From Actinomycetota bacterium (GTDB lineage: Bacteria; Actinomycetota; Acidimicrobiia; Acidimicrobiales; Aldehydirespiratoraceae): 64,000 nt of DNA. Position 1 is the first letter of the stretch, and each line of letters begins with the position of its first letter. The DNA is taken from assembly GCA_039188975.1 (NCBI GenBank), contig JBCCYT010000005.1:2251-66250 (forward strand), in the 5' to 3' direction. Position numbers and translations under genes: made by a program. This document shows positions 43,429 through 51,966 of the stretch, piece after piece. Below the pieces are notes generated by a model. That model did no database searches. It saw nothing but the letters and a program-made list of their open reading frames with translations, and was not told the origin of the DNA.

Positions 43429-44631
43429 GTGATCTCCCTCGAAGAAGCTCGCCAGCACGTTCTCGATCGGGTGGGCCGGCTCGATCCGGTCAAGGTTCCG
43501 CTCGCGGATGCCGCCGGCCTCGTGCTCGCGGCTTCGGTGGTCGCGGCCGAGCAGGTGCCGCCGTTTGCGAACACCGCGATGGACGGGTACGCCGTTCGGG
43601 CGGCCGACACCGGTGATACGCCGGTGACCCTCGACGTGATCGGCACGATCGCGGCTGGCAGCACCCTCGATGGAGAGGTCGGCCCCGGGCAGGCGGCAAG
43701 GATCATGACAGGTGCGCCCATGCCCGCCGGCGCCGACGCGGTCGTGATGGTCGAAAAGGGTGTGTACGACGAGGCCGCGGGCACGGTCGCCATCGAGATC
43801 ACCGTGCCGGAAGGCAACCATGTGCGAGGCGCAGGGGAGGACGTGAACCCGGGCGATGTGTTGTTCGAGCCCGGCACCGTTTTGACCGCGGGGCATCTCG
43901 GTGTGTTGGCCAGCGTCGGGGTTCGCGAGGTCTCGGTCGTCCGCCGTCCGCGGGTCGGTGTGATTTCGACCGGCGATGAACTCGTCGAGGACGATCGTCC
44001 GCTCCGCCCGGGGGAGATCCGGGACTCGAATCGGCGCACCTTGCTGACCTTGGTTGCCGCCGCCGGTTGGGACGCCATCGACCTTGGGCTGCGGGCCGAT
44101 GATCCTGACGAGATCCGAGCCGGGTTTGTCGAGGGGGCTGCGTCCTGCGATGCGATCTTGTCGTCCGGTGGCGTGTCGATGGGCGCGTTCGACTATGTGA
44201 AGGTCGTGCTCGACGAGATCGGCGACATGCGCTGGATGCAGATCGCGATCAAACCGGCCAAACCGTTTGCGTTCGGACTGATCGGTACGACACCGGTGTT
44301 TGGCTTGCCCGGCAACCCGGTGTCGTCGATGGTGTCGTTCGAGCTGTTCGCCCGACCCGCGATCGGGTTCATGGCTGGCGCTGACGACACGGACCTTCGG
44401 TTGATGCGAGCGGTCAGTGAAGACACGCTCGGACATCCGGCTGACGGGAAAACCCACTTTCTGCGGGTTGAGGGGCGGGTCGACGACACCGGTCGCTGGC
44501 ACGTTCGCCGAGCGGGTGGACAGGGTTCGCATCAGTTGACGGCGATGGCCCGCGCCGACGCCCTCGCCCTGGCCCCTGATGGAGTGGCGATCGGTGTTGG
44601 CGATGAGGTCCAGATCCTGCCGTTGCGGTGA
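43429..44631 (+). CDS. moeA: Molybdopterin molybdotransferase MoeA
   Basis: Track ORF 43264..44631 overlaps galU. The family N-terminus (ISLEEARQHVL) follows in-frame GTG 43429; the start is uncertain, with an alternative ATG at 43336. DGYAVRAAD, GELV/STGDELV and LPGNPVSS blocks. Confidence 0.88.
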   Translation: MISLEEARQHVLDRVGRLDPVKVPLADAAGLVLAASVVAAEQVPPFANTAMDGYAVRAADTGDTPVTLDVIGTIAAGSTLDGEVGPGQAARIMTGAPMPAGADAVVMVEKGVYDEAAGTVAIEITVPEGNHVRGAGEDVNPGDVLFEPGTVLTAGHLGVLASVGVREVSVVRRPRVGVISTGDELVEDDRPLRPGEIRDSNRRTLLTLVAAAGWDAIDLGLRADDPDEIRAGFVEGAASCDAILSSGGVSMGAFDYVKVVLDEIGDMRWMQIAIKPAKPFAFGLIGTTPVFGLPGNPVSSMVSFELFARPAIGFMAGADDTDLRLMRAVSEDTLGHPADGKTHFLRVEGRVDDTGRWHVRRAGGQGSHQLTAMARADALALAPDGVAIGVGDEVQILPLR

Positions 44632-44675
44632 ACCTGCGCTTCATTGCCTGACGCTCTGGCGGTAGCATTGTCGTC

Positions 44676-45659
44676 ATGTCGCAGCAACTGATCGATGGGT
44701 TTGGGCGGGTCCATCGCGATCTCCGCATCTCCGTCACGGACCGGTGCAACTTCCGCTGTCAGTACTGCATGCCCGAGGAGGGCATGCAGTGGCAGCATCG
44801 ATCCGATCTGTTGACCTTTGAAGAGATCGAGCGGTTCGCGACCGTCATGGTCGAGCGGTTCGGCGTGGACGGCATCCGGCTCACGGGTGGTGAACCGCTG
44901 GTCCGAGCCCGGCTGCCCCTCCTGGTGGAAAAGCTGGCCAATCTTGGTGTCGACCTGGCGATGACCACCAATGGTGTGTCCCTTCCGTTGGTGGCGGAGG
45001 AACTCAAGAAGGCGGGTCTGAAGCGAGTCAACATCTCGCTCGACTCGCTGCGGCGCGACCGCTTTCATGAACTCACCCGGCGCGATGATCTCGAGCGGGT
45101 GCTTCTGGGGGTTGATGCTGCGCTCGATGCCGGGTTTGACCCGGTGAAGATCAACGTCGTCGTGATGAAGGGCATCAACGACGATGAAGTGCTCGACTTT
45201 GCCGAGTGGGGCCGACAAACCGGCGTCGTCGTTCGCTTCATCGAGTTCATGCCGCTCGACGCCGACCGGATCTGGAACAACTCGCTCGTGCTGACGCAAG
45301 CGGAGATCGTCGAAACGCTGCAAGGCGCCTACGAGCTCGAACCGATCGAGCGCACGTCGGCGCCCGCCACACGGTGGCGCTACGCCGACGGCGGCGGGGA
45401 GATCGGCGTGGTGGCGACGGTCAGCGAGTCGTTCTGCTCCACCTGTGATCGGGTGCGCATCACCGCCGACGGTCAGTTTCGGTCATGTCTGTTCTCGACG
45501 GACGAGACCGACGTGCGGGCCATCATGCGTGACGGGGGAGACGATGATGCGGTCGCCGCGGCGGTGCAGGCGAGCGTCGGTGCCAAGTGGGCCGGTCATC
45601 AGATCAACCAGGTCCACTTCATCCGACCCCGCCGCAGCATGAGCGAGATCGGCGGCTGA
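44676..45659 (+). CDS. moaA: GTP 3',8-cyclase MoaA (radical SAM)
   Basis: 327-aa ORF. CNFRCQYCMP radical-SAM cluster motif, a C-terminal CSTCDRVRITADG second-cluster motif and the terminal GG. Confidence 0.95.
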   Translation: MSQQLIDGFGRVHRDLRISVTDRCNFRCQYCMPEEGMQWQHRSDLLTFEEIERFATVMVERFGVDGIRLTGGEPLVRARLPLLVEKLANLGVDLAMTTNGVSLPLVAEELKKAGLKRVNISLDSLRRDRFHELTRRDDLERVLLGVDAALDAGFDPVKINVVVMKGINDDEVLDFAEWGRQTGVVVRFIEFMPLDADRIWNNSLVLTQAEIVETLQGAYELEPIERTSAPATRWRYADGGGEIGVVATVSESFCSTCDRVRITADGQFRSCLFSTDETDVRAIMRDGGDDDAVAAAVQASVGAKWAGHQINQVHFIRPRRSMSEIGG

Positions 45660-46138
45660 TGGTGAGCGACCATGGCTTCACCCATCTCGACCCGCTGGGC
45701 CGTGCTCGGATGGTCGACGTCACGCCGAAGGAGCCGACCCACCGTCGAGCGATTGCTCGCGCTCGGGTCACGATGACTCCCGAGACGGCGTCGGCGGTCG
45801 CACAGGGTGCGATCAAGAAGGGCGATGTTTTGGCGGTGGCTCGTGTTGCGGGGATCCAGGCTGCGAAGCGGGCTTCGGATCTGATTCCGCTCTGTCACCC
45901 GCTCATGGTCGGTGCGGTCACGATCAACTTCGAGATCAATGACGACTCCATCGAGGTCGAGGCTGCAGTCGACACGTTCGATCGCACCGGCGTCGAGATG
46001 GAAGCGCTCACGGCGTGCTCGGTTGCGGCGCTGACGATTTATGACATGTGCAAGTCGAAAGACAAGGCCATGGTGATCGGCGACATTGCACTGTGGGAGA
46101 AGACCGGCGGCAAGTCCGGGTCGTATCGGCGCTCCTGA
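45659..46138 (+). CDS. moaC: Cyclic pyranopterin monophosphate synthase MoaC
   Basis: Track ORF 45587..46138. The ATG at 45659 overlaps the moaA stop (TGATG). MVDV..K..T.R.A, IPLCHPL and IYDMCK blocks. Confidence 0.93.
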   Translation: MVSDHGFTHLDPLGRARMVDVTPKEPTHRRAIARARVTMTPETASAVAQGAIKKGDVLAVARVAGIQAAKRASDLIPLCHPLMVGAVTINFEINDDSIEVEAAVDTFDRTGVEMEALTACSVAALTIYDMCKSKDKAMVIGDIALWEKTGGKSGSYRRS

Positions 46139-46228
46139 ACGTTGTCGGCGGCGCCCCGGTGACACTCGCTCTGTCAGCCAGGTGACAGATGCCACCGTTG
46201 GCTCTCGGCTGAAAATGTGCCAGCCGGA

Positions 46229-46258
46229 TTGCTTCTGTGTGTCGGTCCGTCATACAAT
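46229..46258 (+). promoter_or_regulatory. Candidate sigma-70-type promoter (TTGCTT-18 nt-TACAAT) upstream of a ~90-nt leader
   Basis: TTGCTT at 46229-46234 and TACAAT at 46253-46258, in a locally AT-richer intergenic region. This is a sequence-pattern match only. Confidence 0.3.
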
Positions 46259-46349
46259 CGACATCTGGAGTACGGGGCTTACCAGTCGGTAAGTCTCAAC
46301 GAAGCGTCTGTGCCCCGGCACCGGTGCTCCGTCTGGAGGGGTTGCCCAC

Positions 46350-46817
46350 ATGTTGTCGACGTCGATCGTCCTGCTCGTGCTGGGGCTTGGTTGGTGTACC
46401 TACCTGGCCATCTGGTGGAAGGACTCCCGCAAGACGGCGAACAGCCGCACCGATGCGATCTCGTCGTTCACCAACGGCATGGGCTCACTGGGCGGTACGT
46501 CTGCTCGTGCATCGGTGAACCCGCTCGCCGCTCGAGGCTATGACCTCAAGCCCCGGTCATCGGGGGCTGCGGCTCGCCGTCGGCAGCAGATTTTCACCGC
46601 CCTGGGTTGCGCCGCACTCGTGACCCTCCTGGCGACGTTCGTCGTCGGCCCGCTCGCCTTGCTGGTCCACATCGTGATCGACGGCACGCTCGGCGCCTAC
46701 GCCTATGCCGTGGTGCAGCGCCGGAACCTCGCTGCCGAACGCGAGATCAAGGTCCAGATGCTCTACCCCGAGGGCGTGACGCCGTTGGCGCAGATGCGTC
46801 GCACCGTCAACGCCTGA
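46350..46817 (+). CDS. Small membrane protein, unknown family
   Basis: 155-aa ORF. N-terminal TM IVLLVLGLGWCTYLAIWW and a second hydrophobic pair (ALVTLLATFVVGPLALLVHIVI). GGAGGGG lies ~9 nt upstream of the ATG. Confidence 0.65.
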   Translation: MLSTSIVLLVLGLGWCTYLAIWWKDSRKTANSRTDAISSFTNGMGSLGGTSARASVNPLAARGYDLKPRSSGAAARRRQQIFTALGCAALVTLLATFVVGPLALLVHIVIDGTLGAYAYAVVQRRNLAAEREIKVQMLYPEGVTPLAQMRRTVNA

Positions 46818-46872
46818 CCCACCCGGTCCACGGCGGGTTCAGTCCCGCAGCCGCTACGCTGTGGGGCCCAGC

Positions 46873-46945
46873 GGGGGTGTAGCTCAGTTGGTAGAGCGCC
46901 TCGGTCGCATCGAGGAGGCCAGGGGTTCAACTCCCCTCACCTCCA
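46873..46945 (+). tRNA. tRNA-Ala (anticodon CGC)
   Basis: Hand-folded cloverleaf. Acceptor GGGGGTG/CACCTCC with a G3:U70 wobble (the Ala identity pair). D arm GCTC-AGTTGGTA-GAGC. Anticodon arm CCTCG-GTCGCAT-CGAGG (anticodon CGC). 5-nt variable loop. T arm AGGGG-TTCAACT-CCCCT. Discriminator A. CCA is not fully encoded (ACCC). Confidence 0.93.
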
Positions 46946-46955
46946 CCCCGTGAAG

Positions 46956-46995
46956 TCCCAGCTCCGGTTCGACCGGGCTGGGATTTCTCTGTTTT
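46956..46995 (+). terminator. Intrinsic terminator after tRNA-Ala
   Basis: TCCCAGC-TCCGG-TTCGA-CCGG-GCTGGGA stem-loop followed by TTTCTCTGTTTT. Confidence 0.75.
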
Positions 46996-47051
46996 GGCCA
47001 CATGACGCCGCGTAGGGAGACACCGCAGATGGAGTCGACGCCCCTGTCCCG

Positions 47052-47951
47052 TTACGAGTAGGTGAGGGTTGCGGTCAGGCCAGAAAGTTCATTGCGGCCC
47101 AAGCACTCAGATGGTGTCGTCACGAGAAGCACTCCCGCGGACGGCATCCAGTCATCTCCCAACAGCGGGTCAGGAGCGAGTTGAAGCAGGCATCGCTCGG
47201 TCGGTGCGGTCGGATCGAAGCCCTGCGGGTTGGGTCGACCGAGCAGCTGATGCGGCGGGTGTGTCGGTCCGAAGTGCCGATACGTAATCCAATCGTCATC
47301 GGTGATCCCCGCAGGTGCAAAGACCGACTCCAGATGTGAGAACGACGATTCGAATGCCATGGCCACGCCACCATGAGGGCATGACGCGACCGGAGTATGG
47401 GGTCGGTGGCGTGCCGGGTCGACCGTAGGAATCCACACCGCGTGGGCCCAATGCTGATCACCGTGAACGATGGCCTCGTCGCCGTCGGTGGTTCGCAGCT
47501 GCCAGATCTGCACGATGCCGTGGCTTGGGAGGCGGTCGAGCCCGTCGGGCCAGTCGGAAATCTGGGTGTGAACCTCAGCCAAATTCACCTGGGCGAGAAA
47601 GGTCAGAACAGGATCCTGACCGGCCTCAACCGCAGGAGGATCTGGCAGTTCGAAACCGCCAGGCTGGTAGGGCTCGCCTCCGAATCGTGACGTTGTGGGA
47701 TCCATCTCGACCCTGGCGCCCGACGCCCGGATGGCGATCGATGGCGACGACGGGTCACCACACGCGGTGTGCACCCGGGCCAGACGGTCCGGTGTCGCCA
47801 GTTGTGCGTAGCGGGCGGGGTCGGCCTGGAACAGCGCCCGCTGGCGCTGAATCTCAGATCGGCGGGCACGGTCTTCAGCCCGGTGCGCTGCACCTGCTTC
47901 CCGTTCGCGCCGGAGCCAGGAGATGAACCTGAATCGTGCGGTTCGGGCCAT
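47052..47951 (-). CDS. DUF1963 (YwqG-like) domain protein with a basic N-terminal extension
   Basis: 299-aa ORF. SRFGGEPY motif, FLAQVNLAEV, and the C-terminal CLLQLAPDPLLGDDWMPSAGVLLV block typical of DUF1963. The start is 9 nt downstream of the stop of the binding-protein gene. Confidence 0.75.
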   Translation of the reverse strand: MARTARFRFISWLRREREAGAAHRAEDRARRSEIQRQRALFQADPARYAQLATPDRLARVHTACGDPSSPSIAIRASGARVEMDPTTSRFGGEPYQPGGFELPDPPAVEAGQDPVLTFLAQVNLAEVHTQISDWPDGLDRLPSHGIVQIWQLRTTDGDEAIVHGDQHWAHAVWIPTVDPARHRPHTPVASCPHGGVAMAFESSFSHLESVFAPAGITDDDWITYRHFGPTHPPHQLLGRPNPQGFDPTAPTERCLLQLAPDPLLGDDWMPSAGVLLVTTPSECLGRNELSGLTATLTYS

Positions 47952-47960
47952 CAGCGAATG

Positions 47961-49625
47961 TCAGCGTGGCGCAGGGCGCCAGTCGTTGAGGCCGGTGATG
48001 CACACGGCATCGCCGCTGTCACGGATGTAGGGGAATGGCTGAGTGCACGGGAAGCTGAACACCTGAGTTTGGATGACGTCCGGCATCTGCCCTTTCCCCG
48101 GAGTGATGCTCGCCGGGATCATCGCCGAGAGATCAACGGGACCCAGGTTCTCGAGCGCGTTCTCGATGTCGGCGCGGGTTGGGTTGTCGCCGGCGTCGTA
48201 GATCGACCGAGCCATGACCCGCATGATCGTGCAGATGGATGTCGCCATCCCGTATGCCGAGTCGCCTCCTTGGTCCTCCCATTGATGGTTCGCGCCGATG
48301 GCATTGTTGTCGTTGTAGGTACCGACGCACATCTCCTGGTACGGCGTTGGCTCGTAGCCATCGGCTCGGTAGCCGCCGGTGTCGCGGAAGTCGATGATGA
48401 TCGCCCCGTCATAGAGCGCCCCGGCCCCCGGGGTGTTTGCGATCTGACCAGAGACCAGCTCGCCAGCTTGGCTGTTGAAGTCTGACGCGTAGAACTGCAC
48501 ATCGCCCGGCTCGAACCCCTGCTGCGCCATCTCATCGATGTACCCGGGAGCGGTGAGGATTCCCATGGCGTTGAAGAAATGCTCGATGCCCGCATTCCGC
48601 ATGTTGGTAACCGACTCTGGAACGCCGCCGACACAGACCGTGCTGCCTTCGCAGGCAATGATGTCGAAGACGACCTCGAGCCCTGCTTCTCGAAGTGGTG
48701 TGACGAGGCTCGCCTCGATGTCTTCGGGTTGTCCAGGGGTGTCTGGAACGACGACTCCGATGACATCGCCCGCTTCGAGACGGCCTTGGGCCAAAAGATC
48801 GGCCGCCGCAAAGCTGAGGTTCTCGGAATTGGTGGTCGACAAGCTGACCAGACGACCTTCACCACGCGCCATGAAGTCATCGGACTGGCCTTGCGTCGAC
48901 ACGAACATCGTCTGTTGCTCCTCGACGATGCACAGCACTGCGGAGCCCTGGAAGCCGGAGCTGTTGAGGATCATCACGGCGTTGAAATCCTCCGTTGCTT
49001 CCAGACACGCAGCGTTGCGTTCGGTCTGGGTTGTCGGACCGAAGAGTGCGACCTCGATCGTGTCGAGCTCGAGCATGCGACCCCGGATGCCGCCGCACTC
49101 GGTGTTGATGTACTCGGTGAACACGCGGAACATCTCGTTCATGTCACCCACCGGCACGCCGAAGCCGATCGCCGCGGCGTCTTCGAGACGCGACTTGATG
49201 TGGGTGATCGAGATGCTGTCCGCGGCGATGCCCGCTTCGATGTCGGCTCGATCTGCCGCCTCTCCCGTGTCGGTGCAGAACGTGTTGATCTGGGTGAACG
49301 GGTGGTCCCCGCGATCGAACGACTCCTGGAAGTCGACGAAGATGCCCCCGCGAGGGTCGTCGTAGAAGTTGGGGAGTGGCTCCGCCGGTTCGTCCTCGGC
49401 TTCGTCATCCCCCGGATCGGCCTCGCTGCTGTCTCCACTCGCATCGTCGTCGGTGGCCGCGGTCGAGTCATCTTCGGGCGCCGCGTCGCTGCTGGCGCTG
49501 GCGTCGGTCGTGGTGTCGTCGGCATCGCCTGCGCTGCTGTCGACCTCGCCGCCGCATGCGGAGGCAAGCAGCGCAATGACGAACATCACCGCGTACCAGT
49601 GCTTGGTTCGACTGGTCGATCGCAT
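47961..49625 (-). CDS. ABC substrate-binding lipoprotein (LivJ / Peripla_BP_6-like) with a long acidic linker
   Basis: Track ORF 47961..50021. The real start is ATG 49625 (MRSTSRTKHWYAVMFVIALLASA/CGG lipobox). ~65 aa of D/E/S/T/A low complexity, then a two-lobe alpha/beta binding-protein-like sequence next to Liv-type permease genes. Confidence 0.75.
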   Translation of the reverse strand: MRSTSRTKHWYAVMFVIALLASACGGEVDSSAGDADDTTTDASASSDAAPEDDSTAATDDDASGDSSEADPGDDEAEDEPAEPLPNFYDDPRGGIFVDFQESFDRGDHPFTQINTFCTDTGEAADRADIEAGIAADSISITHIKSRLEDAAAIGFGVPVGDMNEMFRVFTEYINTECGGIRGRMLELDTIEVALFGPTTQTERNAACLEATEDFNAVMILNSSGFQGSAVLCIVEEQQTMFVSTQGQSDDFMARGEGRLVSLSTTNSENLSFAAADLLAQGRLEAGDVIGVVVPDTPGQPEDIEASLVTPLREAGLEVVFDIIACEGSTVCVGGVPESVTNMRNAGIEHFFNAMGILTAPGYIDEMAQQGFEPGDVQFYASDFNSQAGELVSGQIANTPGAGALYDGAIIIDFRDTGGYRADGYEPTPYQEMCVGTYNDNNAIGANHQWEDQGGDSAYGMATSICTIMRVMARSIYDAGDNPTRADIENALENLGPVDLSAMIPASITPGKGQMPDVIQTQVFSFPCTQPFPYIRDSGDAVCITGLNDWRPAPR

Positions 49626-49755
49626 TGCGGGGCCCCCTCGGTTGGCACCGGTCGTGTGCCGGTGATTACCCGGCGAGATGCCGGATCGGTAGAGTCTCGT
49701 CGCCTGCGAAGGTGCGACACAAGTCACACCACACCGGGTTGATGTCGGGGGACGT

Positions 49756-51966
49756 ATGGGGGATCGAACCGAGACTGCGAGCGACGATGCCGCAACGCTC
49801 GCCGCCGCGGTGCTCGACGAGGAAGCCAAGCGACAAGCGGCCCAAGCTGAACGCGACGCCGGAGTCGTGCTGCCCGATGATCTTCTCCCCGGCGTCGGTG
49901 ACGAACCGATGACGCTCACCCAGGCGATGGCCTCGGGTGGGCGGTTCACCGTCGTCATGTTGTTCGTGCTCGGCCTGATCGACGAACTGCCCCGTGCCAT
50001 ACGGGTGCTCGCCCCCGACATTCAGAACTCGCTCGGCATCTCCGACACCGTGCTCGCCGGCGTACTCGGCTTCGGCGGGGTCACCCTCGTCCTCGGTGCC
50101 GTTCCGATGGCGGCGCTCGCCGATCGGGTTCGCCGGGTCGCGCTCATTCCCGTGATGACGATCGTATGGGCCGGAGCAACAGCCTTGTCCGGCGCGGTCG
50201 TCAATGCCTTCCAGCTCTTTTGGACCAACGCGATCGCCGGGCTCGGCCACTCGTACCGCATCCCGGTGTCGAACTCATTGCTGACCGACACCTACCCGAT
50301 CCAGGCCCGCGCCCGGGTCTTTGCCTTCGAAGGGTTGGGTCGACCGTTGGGCCAGTTGCTCGGTCCGCTGCTCGTCGGCGGCATCGCTGCACTCATCGGT
50401 GGCGACGACGGTTGGCGATGGGCGTTCGTCATCATCTCCATCCCGCCCGTCGTCGTCGCCCTCATCGCAACCCGCATGAACGAACCGCCCCGCGGTCAGT
50501 TCGACCAGAAAGCCGTGCTCGGCGACGATGAGGCACTCGAGATCGACGAGCTCGAGCCATCGATGAGCACCGCCCTCGCACGGCTCCGCAAGATCCGCAC
50601 CTTCTACTACCTGGCGACGGGTGTCGGCGTGCTGGGATTTGCGCTCATCGCGGTCCCGCTTCAGTTCAATCTGCTCCTCGAAGACAAGTACGCCCTCGGC
50701 GCGTTCGAGCGAGGTGCCGTCGAAGCGCTGATGTGGGTCGGGTCGCTGATCGCCATACCTTTCGCCGGCCGCCACTTCGACCGCATCTTCCGCCGAGATC
50801 CCGAGCGGCTGATGCGGCTCCAGGGGCGACTCGTCATGCTCGCCGGCGTACTCTTTCTGATCGCGCTGCCGATCAAGGCGATCGGACCGCTCGTCATCGG
50901 CATGGCGCTCGCCCAGTCAGCGATTTCCGCCAGCTTCGTCGCCGCCCCCACGATCATCGCCGCGGTGTCGCCCTACCGCATCCGTTCCCAAGCCTTCGCC
51001 CTCCTACCGGTTTTCGTGTTCTTGATGGGGGGCTTCTTCGGTGGCCTCATCGCTGGGCAAATCTCCGACGCCTACAACGAACGCACGGCGATGCTCGTCA
51101 TCGCACCGGCGGCGGCGGTGATCGGCGGCTGGCTGATCCAGCAGGGTGCCAAGCACATCCGCCGCGACATCTCCCTTGCGGTCGAAGAGCTGCTCGAAGA
51201 GCAAGACGAAACGGCGCGGATCGTGGCCGACCCCGACGCCGTGCCGGCGCTGCAGGTCCGCAATCTCGACTTCAGCTACGGACCGGTCCAGGTGCTGTTC
51301 GACATCAATCTCGACGTGGGCGCCGGCGAGGTCGTTGCGCTGCTCGGAACAAACGGCGCAGGCAAGTCGACCCTGCTTCGCGCCATCTCCGGGCTCGGGA
51401 TCCCCGATCGGGGCGTCGTACGGCTCAACGGTCGCACGATCACCTACGCCGAGGCCGAGACTCGGTTCCGAGTCGGCATCGTGCAACTGCGGGGTGGGGC
51501 CGGCACGTTCCCGGGCCTGTCGATCGAGGACAACCTGCGCGCCAGCCTGCTCAGCGCCGGCCTCCCGTCGAACGAGATCGAACGCCGCATCCAGACCGCA
51601 ATCGAACGGTTCCCGGGCTTGCGCGATCGACTCCACGTTCCCGCCGACGAGCTCTCCGGGGGTCAGCAACAGATGCTCGCTCTGGCCATGACGCTGGTCC
51701 AGGAGCCCGAAGTCTTGCTGATTGACGAACTCAGCCTCGGACTGGCACCGGTGGTCGTACAGGAACTGCTTCGCGTGGTCGAGCAGCTCAAATCCGAAGG
51801 TCAAGCGATGGTCATCGTCGAGCAATCGCTCAACGTTGCGCTCGCCTTCGCCGACCGAGCGATCTTCATGGAGAAAGGAGAAGTTCGCTTCTCCGGACCA
51901 GCCCGAGAACTCCTCGAGCGCGGTGACCTCGCCCGAGCAGTCTTTCTCGGAGGCGAAGGCGGATGA
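49756..51966 (+). CDS. Fusion protein: 12-TM MFS domain plus LivF-type ABC ATPase domain
   Basis: 736-aa ORF. MFS hallmarks: AALADRVRRV loop motif, GWRWAF and two 6-TM halves. From ~aa 495 a LivF-like NBD: GTNGAGKST, LSGGQQQML and LLIDELSLGLAP. Continuous frame with high G/C third positions throughout. Confidence 0.8.
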   Translation: MGDRTETASDDAATLAAAVLDEEAKRQAAQAERDAGVVLPDDLLPGVGDEPMTLTQAMASGGRFTVVMLFVLGLIDELPRAIRVLAPDIQNSLGISDTVLAGVLGFGGVTLVLGAVPMAALADRVRRVALIPVMTIVWAGATALSGAVVNAFQLFWTNAIAGLGHSYRIPVSNSLLTDTYPIQARARVFAFEGLGRPLGQLLGPLLVGGIAALIGGDDGWRWAFVIISIPPVVVALIATRMNEPPRGQFDQKAVLGDDEALEIDELEPSMSTALARLRKIRTFYYLATGVGVLGFALIAVPLQFNLLLEDKYALGAFERGAVEALMWVGSLIAIPFAGRHFDRIFRRDPERLMRLQGRLVMLAGVLFLIALPIKAIGPLVIGMALAQSAISASFVAAPTIIAAVSPYRIRSQAFALLPVFVFLMGGFFGGLIAGQISDAYNERTAMLVIAPAAAVIGGWLIQQGAKHIRRDISLAVEELLEEQDETARIVADPDAVPALQVRNLDFSYGPVQVLFDINLDVGAGEVVALLGTNGAGKSTLLRAISGLGIPDRGVVRLNGRTITYAEAETRFRVGIVQLRGGAGTFPGLSIEDNLRASLLSAGLPSNEIERRIQTAIERFPGLRDRLHVPADELSGGQQQMLALAMTLVQEPEVLLIDELSLGLAPVVVQELLRVVEQLKSEGQAMVIVEQSLNVALAFADRAIFMEKGEVRFSGPARELLERGDLARAVFLGGEGG

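Noticed and set aside
44632-44675. Possible Moco riboswitch upstream of moaA
   Set aside because: The intergenic region is only 44 nt, far too short for that structure, and moaA appears to be co-transcribed with moeA.
46873-47951. tRNA-Ala as the integration site of a genomic island containing the DUF1963 gene
   Set aside because: There is no integrase, no recognisable direct repeat of the tRNA 3' end and no mobility genes. The DUF1963 gene is operonic with the binding-protein gene and convergent to the tRNA.
49626-49755. CACCGG-N7-CCGGTG inverted repeat in the divergent promoter region of the Liv-type locus, as a possible operator
   Set aside because: A 6-bp GC-rich inverted repeat is expected by chance in this base composition, and I have no supporting recurrence.
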